A DNA stretch of 64,000 nt from Macrostomum lignano (Eukaryota): contig NIVC01000390.1 of assembly GCA_002269645.1 (NCBI GenBank), positions 573,781 to 637,780 on the forward strand, given 5' to 3'. Position 1 is the first letter of the stretch. Every line of letters starts with the position of its first letter. Positions 12,286-25,000 of the stretch are shown here, piece by piece. The position numbers were made by a program, and so were the translations under genes. Below the pieces are notes generated by a model. That model was given only the letters and a program-made list of their open reading frames with translations, did not search any database and was not told where the DNA came from.

Positions 12286-13812
12286 GCTCAATGGGGAATT
12301 GCTCAGATAGTGAGTGACTCAATGGGGAATTGCTCAGATTAGTGAGTGACTCAATGGGGAATTGCTCAGATAGTGAGTGACTCAATGGGGAATTGCTCAG
12401 ATTAGTGAGTGACTCAATGGGGAATTGCTCAGATTAGTGAGTGACTCAATGGGGAATTGCTCAGATTAGTGAGTGACTCAATGGGGAATTACTCTGATAT
12501 TCAGCGACTCAATGGGGAATTGCTCAGATTAGTGAGTGACTCAATGGGGAATTTACTCTGATATTCAGCGACTCAATGGGGAATTGCTCAGATAGTGAGT
12601 GACTCAATGAGGAATTGCCCAGATAGTGAGTGACCAAATGGGGAATTGCTCAGATTAGTGAGTGACTCAATGGGGAATTGCTCAGATTAGTGAGTGACTC
12701 AATGGGGAATTGCTCAGATAGTGAGTGACCAAATGGGGAATTGCTCAGATTAGTCAGTGACTCAATGGGGAATTACTCTGATATTCAGTGACTCAATGGG
12801 GAATTGCTCAGATAGTGAGTGACTCAATGGGGAATTGCTCAGATAGTGAGTAACTCAATGGGGAATTGCTCAGATTAGTGAGTGACTCAATGGGGAATTG
12901 CTCAGATAGTGAGTGACTCAATGGGGAATTGCTCAGATAGTGAGTGACTCAATGGGGAATCGCTCAGATATTCAGTGACTCAAAGGGGAATTGCTCAGAT
13001 AGTGAGTGACTCAATGGGGAATCGCTCAGATATTCAGTGACTCAATGGGGAATCGCTCAGATATTCAGTGACTCAATGGGGAATCGCTCAGATATTCAGT
13101 GACTCAATGGGGAATCGCTCAGATATTCAGTGACTCAATGGGGAATTGCTCAGATAGTGAGTGACTCAATGGGGAATTGCTCAGATAGTGAGTGACTCAA
13201 TGGGGAATTGCTCAGATAGTGAGTGACTCAATGGGGAATTGCTCAGATAGTGAGTGACTCAATGGGGAATTGCTCAGATAGTGAGTGACTCAATGGGGAA
13301 TTGCTCAGATAGTGAGTGACAAAATGGGGAATTGCTCAGATTAGTGAGTGACTCAATGGGGAATTGCTCAGATTAGTGAGTGACTCAATGGGGAATTGCT
13401 CAGATAGTGAGTGACTCAATGGGGAATTGCTCAGATAGTGAGTGACTCAATGGGGAATTGCTCAGATAGTGAGTGACAAAATGGGGAATTGCTCAGATAG
13501 TGAGTGACCAAATGGGGAATTGCTCAGATAGTGAATGACAAAATGGGGAATTGCTCAGATTAGTGAGTGACTCAATGGGGAATTGCTCAGATTAGTGAGT
13601 GACTCAATGGGGAATTGCTCAGATAGTGAGTGACAAAATGGGGAATTGCTCAGATTAGTGAGTGACTCAATGGGGAATTGCTCAGATTAGTGAGTGACTC
13701 AATGGGGAATCGCTCAGATATTCAGTGACTCAATGGGGAATTGCTCAGATAGTGAGTGACTCAATGGGGAATTGCTCAGATTAGTGAGTGACTCAATGGG
13801 GAATTGCTCAGA
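12286..13812. repeat. 32/33-bp minisatellite GAGTGACTCAATGGGGAATTGCTCAGAT(T)AGT
   Basis: Roughly 47 copies between the two cytokine-like genes. The unit contains TGACTCA and GGGGAATTGC. Confidence 0.95.
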
Positions 13813-14264
13813 TACATGTAGATAGACTCAATGGCAATCATTATAAGTACAATAGTGATGATTAGATTCTAAAGCAAATAATAAGTAACTCCGTGCATAC
13901 ATCGTTATAGATTTTGAACTGTAAAACGTGATTCCAAATCAGGAAAAGTTCGCAATGTACTTTGATTGTGCCAGCATAATTTTCAATCTATTCACTATTT
14001 TCTAAACCTGATTGCATAATGAATGAAACTCTCATTTGCCTGTGGAATCATAACCGCATAGCTACTAAATCTGTAGTCTAAAAATAGGGGATCTTGTCCC
14101 GCGCGCAGTACTCGCACAGGCCGAGAACTTCTTCCTCCCTGCACCTTCTGCCCGCACAGCACTCGGGTTGGGGTGCTAAACGAGTTATTTTTAGCAGAAC
14201 CACTCAACACAGCGCAGTTCGCCGCGCAGAAAAAGTACATTGCCTTATAGCTCAGCTGAACTAT

Positions 14265-14499
14265 TTCTTAGAAATGCTATCGCAAAATTTTCGTTCGCAA
14301 GCACCGCTGCAGTTCCATTTCTGCTCCTAGTAGAAACGCACCGTACCCTTGATCGGGGACTACTTGGGATTTCCAAAAGAAATTTTTTGGTGTTTCTATT
14401 CTCAATTTTGTGCTGCTTTTTTTACTTAAAACAAAGTTCGTGTCCCCTGGAATTTCCAACATCTGATATGCGACCGCAATGGCATCAGCAACATATAAG
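14265..14499 (+). promoter_or_regulatory. Candidate promoter of cytokine-like gene B: STAT (GAS) site, two kB-like sites, TATA-like
   Basis: TTCTTAGAA at 14265-14273, GGGATTTCC at 14366-14374, TGGAATTTCC at 14448-14457, TATAAG at 14494-14499; ATG at 14562. Confidence 0.4.
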
Positions 14500-14561
14500 C
14501 CCCGCTTCTGTCTTAACCTCTGCTGCTCAATTCAACAGTCGGTTCCTGTTTTTTGGTTTTC

Positions 14562-16972
14562 ATGGCAACGCGAACTGTTTGGGCGCCAGTTGTTTTGCTT
14601 TGGTGCTTCGTGGCCGCTCACTGTACGGCCGCTCCTGGAGGCCATGTGGTTAAGAACCACTGCTTCACCATTCATTTGACCAGATCGCTGCGCTCAGGTG
14701 AGAGCAATGTTTATGAAGCTTTGGAAATCTGTGCGATGCTGTAGCTTTTATGATTTTTGCTCTTCACTTCTTTGGCTACGAAGACAAAGTCGAAGCACTT
14801 TTTATTAAAGTTATTAAAGTACTTTTCTAATTTAGTCATATCGCTTCTCCTGCTCTCTCAGTCTGATCTCCAGTCACCGATCTCTATTCCCATTCTTCCC
14901 TATTTTAACCTATTTCTACTCTATTCTATTCTACTCTATTCTATTCTACTCTATTCTACTCTACTCTATTCTATTCTACTCTATTCTATTCTACTCTATT
15001 CTATTCTACTCTATTCTACTCTATTCTACTCTATTCTACTCTATTCTATTCTACTCTATTCTATTCTACTCTATTCTATTCTACTCTATTCTATTCTATT
15101 CTATTCTATTCTACTCTATTCTATTCTACTCTATTCTACTCTATTCTACTCTATTCTATTCTACTCTATTCTATTCTACTCTATTCTAGTCTATTCTACT
15201 CTATTCTATTCTACTCTATTCTAGTCTATTCTACTCTATTCTAGTCTATTCTACTCTATTCTATTCTACTCTATTCTATTCTACTCTATTCTATTCTACT
15301 CTATTCTATTCTACTCTATTCTATTCTACTCTATTCTAATCCATTCAAGTAGACTCCACTACACTGCACTCAGTACTAATAATCTCTAATGTGCCTCTAT
15401 TGCGCAACACAATCTCTTAATCCTCCTCCCCCAATTTGCAGCCGACTCCCTGCTGAGAGGCATGGACATCGTGCGCAAACACCTGGCCCAGGCAATGCAG
15501 CTCATGGACAGCTATCAGACTGGCGTGTTCTCGGCTCGGCTCAGAAACAAAACCCTGCCAGCTGGGGTCGCCAACTTCCAGCTGACGGAGCTCCAGCGAG
15601 TCGGCGCAGGAGTTCTTGAACTCTTTGACCGGCTGGCCGTGACCTGCTTGATCGCGGAGCATCTGGAGGCTCAGGAGAAGCAAGTCTTGGCCACGTCCAG
15701 GTCTGCATTTGGCTTTGAAGTGCTTTAAATAGAATACTGAACAATACAGTACTTACAGTAGTCAATACTACTCACAGTAGTCAATGCAGTACTTACAGTA
15801 GTCAATACAGTACTTACAGTAGTCAATACAGTACTTACAGTAGTCAATACAGTACTTACAGTAGTCAATACAGTACTTACAGTAGTCAATACAGTACTTA
15901 CAGTAGTCAATAAAGTACTTACAGTAGTCAATAAAGTACTTACAGTAGTCAATACAGTACTCACAGTCATAGTAGTCAATACACTACTTACTGTAGTCAA
16001 TACAGTACTTACAGTAGTCAATACTACTTACAGTAGTCAATAAAGTACTTACAGTAGTCAATACAGTACTCACAGTCATAGTAGTCAATACAGTACTTAC
16101 AGTAGTCAATACAGTACTTACAGTAGTCAATACAGTACTTACAGTAGTCAATACAGTACTTACAGTAGTCAATACAGTACTTACAGTAGTCAATACAGTA
16201 CTTACAGTAGTCAATACTACTTACAGTAGTCAATAAAGTACTTACAGTAGTCAATACAGTACTCACAGTCATAGTAGTCAATACACTACTTACTGTAGTC
16301 AATACAGTACTTACAGTAGTCAATACAGTACTTACAGTAGTCAATACAGTACTTACAGTCATAGTAGTCAATACAGTACAGTACAATACAGTACAGTACA
16401 ATACTGTACAATATTTATTATACTGTGTACAATACAGTACAATATAGTTACAATACAATACATTAGTAAATACAGTTAGTTATAGTAGTCAATGCAGTAC
16501 TCACAGTAGTCAATGCAGTACTCACAGTAGTCAATGCAGTACTCACAGTAGTCAATGCAGTACTCACAGTAGTCAATACAGTTAGTTATATTAGTCAATG
16601 CAGTACTTGCAGTAGTCATTCAAATTTCGATCACAAAGCATAACAAAATTCCCAATTCGCAGGTGGAGCCGGCAGCTAGCTGACATCAAGTCCGAGCTGG
16701 TGAAGTCCCTGTGCTATTCACACTTGCTGCTCCATCTGTCCAGCAGCTACTTGTCAGCTGACAGTCTGCAGCACATCCGGTCACTCTATGGCCAGTCTCT
16801 GATTCCCATCGAGCGCCTGCCGCACTCGGAGCGCGAATGGCGCCACCTTAGGGACTACGCGGTGACCGGCGCTCTGCAGAGGGCGGTTCGCCAGTCCATC
16901 TCTGAGCTGCAGCTGATGATGCTGCAGGTCGCTGGCGGGCTTAGCAACCCAAGCTTAGCAACCCCAGCTTAG
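14562..16972 (+). CDS. Secreted four-helix-bundle cytokine-like protein B (paralogue of A), 234 aa; exons 14562-14697, 15442-15700, 16663-16972
   Basis: Signal peptide MATRTVWAPVVLLWCFVAAHCTA. Phase-1 intron (G|GTGAGA...TTTGCAG|CC) and phase-2 intron (AG|GTCTGC...TTCGCAG|G) give an open frame. Shares KHL.xA, LxNK(S/T), LE(S/A)QE, W..xL..I, RDY.V and SI.EL with gene A. Confidence 0.72.
14910..15340. repeat. (CTATT/CTACT)n pentanucleotide microsatellite, intron 1 of gene B
   Basis: Direct repeat. Confidence 0.95.
15745..16610. repeat. 21-bp minisatellite AGTCAATACAGTACTTACAGT, intron 2 of gene B
   Basis: Tandem copies. Confidence 0.95.
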
Positions 16973-17505
16973 CAACCCCAGCTTAGCAACCCCAGCTTAG
17001 CAACCCCAGCTTAGCAACCCCAGCTTAGCAACCCCAGCTTAGCAACCCCAGCTTAGCAACCCAAGCTTAGCAACCCCAGCTTAGCAACCCCAGCTTAGCA
17101 ACCCCAGCTTAGCAACCCCAGCCTAGCAACCACAGCTTAGCAACCCCAGCTTTGCAACCACAGCTTATCAACCACAGCTTAGCAACCACAGCTTAGCAAC
17201 CCCAGCCTAGCAACCACAGCTTAGCAACCCCAGCTTAGCAACCCCAGCTTAGCAACCACAGCTTATAGCAACCCCAGTTTAGCAACCACAGCTTAGCAAC
17301 CACAGCCTAGCAACCCCAGCTTAGCAACCCCAGCTTAGCAACCCCAGCTTAGCAACCCCAGCTTATAGCAACCCCAGCTTAGCAACCACAGCTTAGCAAC
17401 CCCAGCTTAGCAACCCCAGCGTAGCAACCACAGCTTATAGCAACCCCAGTTAAGCAACCACAGCTTAGCAACCCCAGCCTAGCAACCACAGCTTAGCAAC
17501 CCCAG
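16938..17505. repeat. 14-bp minisatellite GCTTAGCAACCCCA
   Basis: About 40 copies. It begins inside the last codons of gene B. Confidence 0.95.
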
Positions 17506-18279
17506 CGTTTAATCAGATTTTTGCACTGTTAATAGATTTTTCACAAAAGCATATTTTATTGCAACTTTTACCTTCTTCCCAAAGTCGCACAACAGAACGC
17601 ACAATGTTTTGTTTTTCTATTTAATATTTTATTGATCTAGTCTTTTTAAATCTCTGAAAAGCTTGAAGTCGCATGCTTTGTTCGTTTTATTCGGATATTT
17701 CAAATACCAGATAACTTTTCCGATCAATTATTTCTGGTAAATAATCGCAATATTCATTCATATTCATTTTAAGATGCAATAGTAATGCAGCTTCTGTTGG
17801 TTGATTGGTATTTTCTATGCATTTCCATGCACTTTACCGGTTTAATATTGTTCAAGCATTGCCAGCGTTTGCACCCTACTGTTCTACTCACAGTAGAGCA
17901 TTAGAAACATGCCTAAGAAATACACTTTACGCTCGTATGAGGACATTTTTGTCCTGCACAATTAAGCGAACGATTAAAGTCTTAAGTTAATTATTTATTT
18001 GATTAAAGACAGAGTTTAAGGGTTAGAAGACAACTATATAAGATAAAGTGATTGTTTTATAGAGTTAAACAGGTTAGTAATATTTAAGAGGGCATACTCT
18101 AATAATTCCGATTTTTTTCTAAAACGTTATAGTAAAAAAATTTACTACGTTTTACACTACAGTACACTACTTCGATTTCTACATGCAAGTGGACAAATTA
18201 AGTTTATTATTCATACAGAGATTAGCTTACAGGTCACCTATGAGCACATCAAGCTTAATAATCAAAATCCCGGGAGCAC

Positions 18280-18503
18280 GAGAATTGCCCGCAAACGAAT
18301 TGCCCGCAAACGAATTGCCCGCCGAGATTTGCCCGCAATGCATTTTGCCCGCGAGTGAATTGCCCGTGGAGATTTGCCCGCCGAGAATTCTTTACTAAGA
18401 TTTAATACATGTAATAAGCATTGCGAAGGCAATCCAGACAAAATCTGCAGTAAAAAAGCATTGCGGGCAAATCTCGGCGGGCAAATCTCGGCGGGCAATT
18501 CTC
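18280..18503. mobile_element. MITE-like element with repetitive terminal inverted repeats
   Basis: The left end GAGAATTGCCCGC...GCCGAGATTTGCCCGCAATGC is the reverse complement of the right end GCATTGCGGGCAAATCTCGGC...GCGGGCAATTCTC. Non-coding, 224 bp. No clear TSD. Confidence 0.6.
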
Positions 18504-19033
18504 ATGGACCCCAAATTCCATTTTACTGACTCAATAAAGTCAACTTGGTGGCGACACTTCATTCTTCATTGACGAATTGGACAGCCAACAGAGGCAAAGG
18601 GGGGAGTTTAACAAAATCGTTTATTTTTGTTTGTCCGATCTGGAACCTGGAATTAATTACAATAATAATTAGCGGAACTAACTAGCATTAAATTCAGCTG
18701 GCTAGATAAGGTAGAGAGTATTTTTAAATATATAGAGCCCCCAAAAAGCAGTTTTTCATTTGTCCAGCCGTCTATGTACATTTCATTGTACGTTATTTTA
18801 AGAGCCCCCATGTCCTTTCGGGTGTACACTGACGCCCAACCACCCCAACCCCCCGTCCCCACACTGGGGTGAATCTCTCTCTCCCTCTGTTATCAGTAGG
18901 CCCCCGGGGAGGGAGGGGCAATCATAATAAATAGCTCGGAGCTCCACATAGTGAAAGGCACGAAGCCTTAAAAGTTTGCAGACAAGCTTTGCTTTTGTCT
19001 GCACAGGCAGATTAAGGCTAGTCCTTTTCAGCC

Positions 19034-22000
19034 ATGATGCGCGGAGGTCACTCCGCTCTGTCTGGGACTCCGATCAGTCTAAAGTACTTCTCAGGCGATG
19101 GGCCCTGTGTATTACAAAGCGAGCTGCTGCTTGTCCAGCCTGTACCAATTAAGACATTAGCTCAGCTGCGCAATGTCCTACTCGCCAAAGCGAAGCACTT
19201 CCGTCCAGAGCATCGATTTCGTTCTTTGTCTGGCGAGCTTGTGCCAATCGATATGGAATCCTGCTTGGCCTTTAACTGCGTGCTGCGCAGCACCAACAGC
19301 GTGTTTGTCATTGGTGATGGCGAGAATATTGGTACGCTAGTGATTCATTTTGTTTTGGAATACTTTATTTCTCTAGTCTAGGAGATCTGGTGAAGATTTA
19401 AATTACATTAAAATTTGATTGAGATTGGATTTCATTCAGATTTACGATTGGACAGAGATTGGATAGAGAATAGAGATCAGATTGAGATCTGGTTGAGATA
19501 TATAGGATAGAGATCTGGCTGAGATAGGATTGAGATCTGGCTGAGATAGGATAGAGATCTGGTTGAGATAGGATACAGATCTGGCTGAGATAGGATAGAG
19601 ATCTGGCTGAGATAGGATAGAGATCTGGCTGAGATAGAATAGAGATCTGTTGTAGAGATTAGACAGATTAAAAAGTAAGTTCGCATTTCATTGCTCCTTT
19701 TACATTAAGTACCCAGTCAGTTGCCATGCTCTGATTCCTCATCCTTTATAATTTGAAAACCCAGCCTGCGACAGCCTCGAAGTCGGCATCGTGTTAACTT
19801 CGCCAATCAATGGCGACGAGTTGCCAGTCGGTTTTGTGGACATCTCGCCGCGCGAGAGCCTGGAACAGCTGCGCAAGCGGGCGGCCGTCTTCCTGCCTCT
19901 GCTGGCGGGCTGCGAGTTTCTGTTTCTGAACAGGCGCGGCTGGCCTGTCAGCGAGCTGTACGAGGCTCGGCTAAGAGTGCACGAAGTGCTGGATCACCGC
20001 AGGAGTGTGTCGGTGGCGCCGCTAAGTCGGATGCAGGTGTAGTGGGGACTAGGACACTCGGAGTAGCTATTGGGGATTGAGATCGGATTCTTATGATTGG
20101 AAATTGGAAAATTTGGGATAACTTTTTTAGTTGGGTAAACGTTTTATTTGGGATCGGGATTCTTATATCTTGGGATAATTTGTTGGTTGAGGATTTTGAT
20201 GGGCATCGGGATTCTTATAATTTGAGATAATTTATGAGTTGAGGATAATGATGAGGATCGGGATTCTTATAATTTGAGATAATTTATAAGTTGGGGATAA
20301 TGATGGGGATCGGGATTCTTATAATTTGAGATAATTTATGAGTTGAGGATAATGATGAGGATCGGGATTCTTATAATTTAAGATAATTTATAAGTTGGGG
20401 ATAATGATGAGGATCGGGATTCTTATAATTTGAGATAATTTATAAGTTGGGGATATTGATGAGGATCAGGATTCTTATAATTTGAGATAATTTATAAGTT
20501 GGGGATAATGATGAGGATCGGGATTCTTATAATTTGAGATAATTTATAAGTTGGGGATATTGATGAGGATCGGGATTCTTATAATTTGAGATAATTTATA
20601 AGTTGGGGATATTGATGAGGATCGGGATTCTTATAATTTGAGATAATTTATAAGTTGGGGATATTGATGAGGATCGGGATTCTTATAATTTGAGATAATT
20701 TATAAGTTGGGGATATTGATGAGGATCGGGATTCTTATAATTTGAGATAATTTATAGGTTGAGGATATTGATGAGGATCGGGATTCTTATAATTTGAGAT
20801 AATTTATAAGTTGGGGATATTGATGAGGATCGGGATTCTTATAATTTGGGATAATTTATAAGTTGGGGATATTGATGAGGATCGAGATTCTTATAATTTG
20901 GGATAATTTATAAGTTGGGGATATTGATGAGGATCGGGATTCTTATAATTTGAGATAATTTATAAGTTGAGGATATTGATGAGGATCAGGATTCTTATAA
21001 TTTGAGATAATTTATAAGTTGAGGATATTGATGGGGATCGAGATTCTTATAATTTGGGATTATTTATGAGCTGGGATATTGATGGGGATCAGGATTCTTA
21101 TAATTTGGGATTATTTATGAGCTGGGATATTGATGTAGATTTTTTAAATTAGATTACATAATGAAAATTATATTAAACAATTCCTAGGCCGATGTTCGCC
21201 TCCTTGCCGGGGCCTCGGCCGCCGCTCACGCCATCCCCGCCTGCCCAGCAACAGCGGCAGCAGCCTCGCCCTCGCTTGCACCCGTGCTGCTTCCGTCAGC
21301 GCGGCAGCCGCCCCAGACTCCGCTGCCGCCGGCCGCGCCATACCGGCCGCACAGCTCATTGGCGGTAGCGAGCAGCAGCAACCTGGCTGGTACCGCCGCT
21401 GGCGGCAAGCGGCACCTGGAACAGTTGCTAGGCGACGCTGACCTGCTGCAGGGCCGTCATTCGGGCCGATCGGCCGCCAAAGACATGCTAATTAGCTATG
21501 TGAGAGCAGAGGCTGCTCACGTGGCTGTTGTGCTCAAGGAGAAGCTCACGGCTCTGGGCTGCTCCGTGTTTCTGGTAAGTCTGCTCTGGAGTCAATGTTT
21601 GAGTTGGTTTAGTTGATTCGTTTCCGGGGCTTGACAGTCAAATCGAAATCTAGAATATCAAATTTATGGGAAAAATTATCCATGTGAAATCGGAATCCAA
21701 AATCCCAAATTTATGGGGAACATTGGTTCCCAGTGAAATCGGAATCCAAAATCCCAAATTTATGGGGAAAATTGTCCCAGTGAAATCGGAATCCAAAATC
21801 CCAAATTTATGGGGAAAATTGTCCCAGTGAAATCGGAATCCAAAATCCCAAATTTATGGGGAACATTGGTTCCCAGTGAAATCGGAATCCAAAATCCCAA
21901 ATTTATGGGGAAAATTGTCCCAGTGAAATCGGAATCCAAAATCCCAAATTTATGGGGAACATTAGTTCCCAGTGAAATCGGAATCCAAAATCCCAACTTT

Positions 22001-25000
22001 ATGGGGAAAATTGTCCCAGTGAAATCGCAGTCCAGAATCACGAAAGTTTGGGGGAAATATCCCAGACATTTTAGATTTTAAGCGTCTCAAAATTTATGAT
22101 TAAAAAATCCCCAAAACCTGCACACCCCACCTGTTTTCCATTCCCTCAACTCCACTCTTTGCAGGATGTCGACGAGATCGCTCTGGGCTCCGACTGGCAA
22201 GACGCTTTGAACGACGCGGTGGCAGCCACGGAGGTCTTCATCCCCTTGGTGACCCCCCGGTACGGCGCCACCCAGTGGACCAATAGAGAGGTGAAGCTGG
22301 CGGACGTGCTTGGCAAAGAGATTCTGCCTATCAACTTCATCTCCGACTGGCCACCTCGCTGCCTAGCGATCCAGTTTGCCACCACGCAGTTTGTGCCCTG
22401 GTCTGGCGCGTGTAAGTGCTTGAGTTGGGGCTCGGGGCGCATTGGGACTCGGTTTTGGCTGTACTGGGACTCGGTTTTGAGTTGTACTGGGACTCGCTTT
22501 CAGGCTGTACTGGGACTCGCTTTCAGGCTGTACTGGGACTCGCTTTCAGGCTGTACTGGGGCTCGCTTTCAGGCTGTACTGGGACTCGCTTTCAGGCTGT
22601 ACTGGGACTCGCTTTCAGGCTGTACTGGGACTCGCTTTCAGGCTGTACTGGGGCTCGCTTTCAGGCTGTACTGGGACTCGCTTTCAGGCTGTACTGGGAC
22701 TCGCTTTCAGGCTGTACTGGGACTCGCTTTCAGGCTGTACTGGGACTCGCTTTCAGGCTGTACTGGGACTCGCTTTCAGGCTGTACTGGGACTCGCTTTC
22801 AGGCTGTACTGGGACTCGCTTTCAGGCTGTACTGGGACTCGCTTTCAGGCTTCATTGCGCAATTGTATCTCGTTTTCTAACTGATCAATAACTAACGTCT
22901 ACTAATTAATCTATTCATAATCAGCCATATATGTAGAGAAAATAAAGCGCCTATAGCCAAGCCTAACTAAAGCAACAACCCAGTTTCTGACTAATTAGAC
23001 AGACTTTATTTAAGGTATTTCAACCTAGCGACCTCATTCTAGCAGTAGTGCTCACATAACAGTCACAATAGCTATACCCTCTGTTTTTGATAAAAAATCT
23101 TATCTGAATTTTAGTTGCGAAAGCGGGTTAACGAGTGTAGCCATGAAGTGCGGTTGGCAATCTGCTAATTTGGCAGGTGAATGCCATGTGCTAATGACCA
23201 TTCAGCTGCGCTGTCTTGCGTGGTGCTTTTCTAGAATAGAATGTTTTCGGTGGTGGTGGTTCAAGTCTCTCGAATTTTTATATTGGGAGGCTCTCTGCTG
23301 TATCTTCTGAGGGTCATTCAGTGAACTGCTGTATCTTCTGAGGGTCATTCAGTGAACTGCTGTATCTTCTGAGGGTCATTCAGTGAACTGCTGTATCTTT
23401 TGAGGGTCATTCAATGAACTGCTGTATCTTCTGAGGGTCATTCAGTGAACTGCTGTATCTTCTAAGGGTCATTCAGTGAACTGCTGTATCTTCTGAGGGT
23501 CATTCAGTGAACTGCTGTATCTTCTGAGGGTCATTCAGTGAACTGCTGTATCTTCTGAGGGTCATTCAGTGAACTGCTGTATCTTCTAAGGGTCATTCAG
23601 TGAACTGCTGTATCTTCTGAGGGTCATTCAGTGAACTGCTGTATCTTCTGAGGGTCATTCAGTGAACTGCTGTATCTTCTGAGGGTCATTCAGTGAACTG
23701 CTGTATCTTCTAAGGGTCATTCAGTGAACTGCTGTATCTTCTGAGGGTCATTCAGTGAACTGCTGTATCTTTTGAGGGTCATTCAGTGAACTGCTGTATC
23801 TTCTGAGGGTCATTCAGTGAACTGCTGTATCTTCTAAGGGTCATTCAGTGAACTGCTGTATCTTCTGAGGGTCATTCAGTGAACTGCTGTATCTTTTGAG
23901 GGTCATTCAGTGAACTGCTGTATCTTCTGAGGGTCATTCAGTGAACTGCTGTATCTTCTAAGGGTCATTCAGTGAACTGCTGTATCTTCTGAGGGTCATT
24001 CAGTGAACTGCTGTATCTTCTAAGGGTCATTCAGTGAACTGCTGTATCTTCTGAGGGTCATTCAGTGAACTGCTGTATCTACTGAGGGTCATTCAGTGAA
24101 CTGCTGTATCTTCTGAGGGTCATTCAGTGAACTGCTGTATCTACTGAGGGTCATTCAGTGAACTGCTGTATCTACTGAGGGTCATTCAGTGAACTGCTGT
24201 AGGCTCTGAGGGTCATTCAGTGAACTGCTGTAGGCTCTGAGGGTCATTCAGTGAACTGCTGTAGGCTCTGAGGGTCGTTCAGTGAACTGCTGTAGGCTCT
24301 GAGGGTCATTCAGTGAACTGCTGTATCTTCTGAGGGTCGTTCAGTGAACTGCTGTATCTTCTGAGGGTCGTTCAGTGAACTGCTGTATCCTCTGAGGGTC
24401 ATTCAGTGAACTGCTGTAGCCTCTGAGGGTTCTTCCTCTAACACTGAGCCATCCTGCTAGATGCCAGACGGATTTCCTCCAACCCGCAGACGACATCGAG
24501 TCGGCCAACATCAATGACGAGGCCGGCCGGGTGGCCGAGGAGATCCGGCGGCAGTTCGACGCCAACAAGCGGCGCCCGCCGGAGTCCAAGTCGGATGAGA
24601 GAGGAAGCGCGATGGGGCCGCCTGTGAGTTTGAGAAGGAAAGGGCGGGCTTAGAGGAGTGCCAGAGAATATAATGGAGTGCCAGAAACTATACGGGGAGA
24701 GTTCCAGAGACTATAGAAGAGCGCCACAGACTATAGAAGAGCGCCAGAGACTATTGTGGTGATGGGGCTCAAGGGCTCGGTCCTTTCGTGCCCCTTTCCC
24801 AGACCCGGATTCGCGTACTGACCCTGGCTGCGGTCCTCCACTGACACGCGTACGACGCGGTGTCTGTCGGGACTAGGCTGCTCGAGCGTACGACGCACGA
24901 CAGCCTACAGACTCGCGTACGACGCAGAGCTGCTTGGGGTGGGACCGGCGTACGACACACTTAATCCCCCTAAGGTGCCTAGTACAGAGGCAGACCCAAA

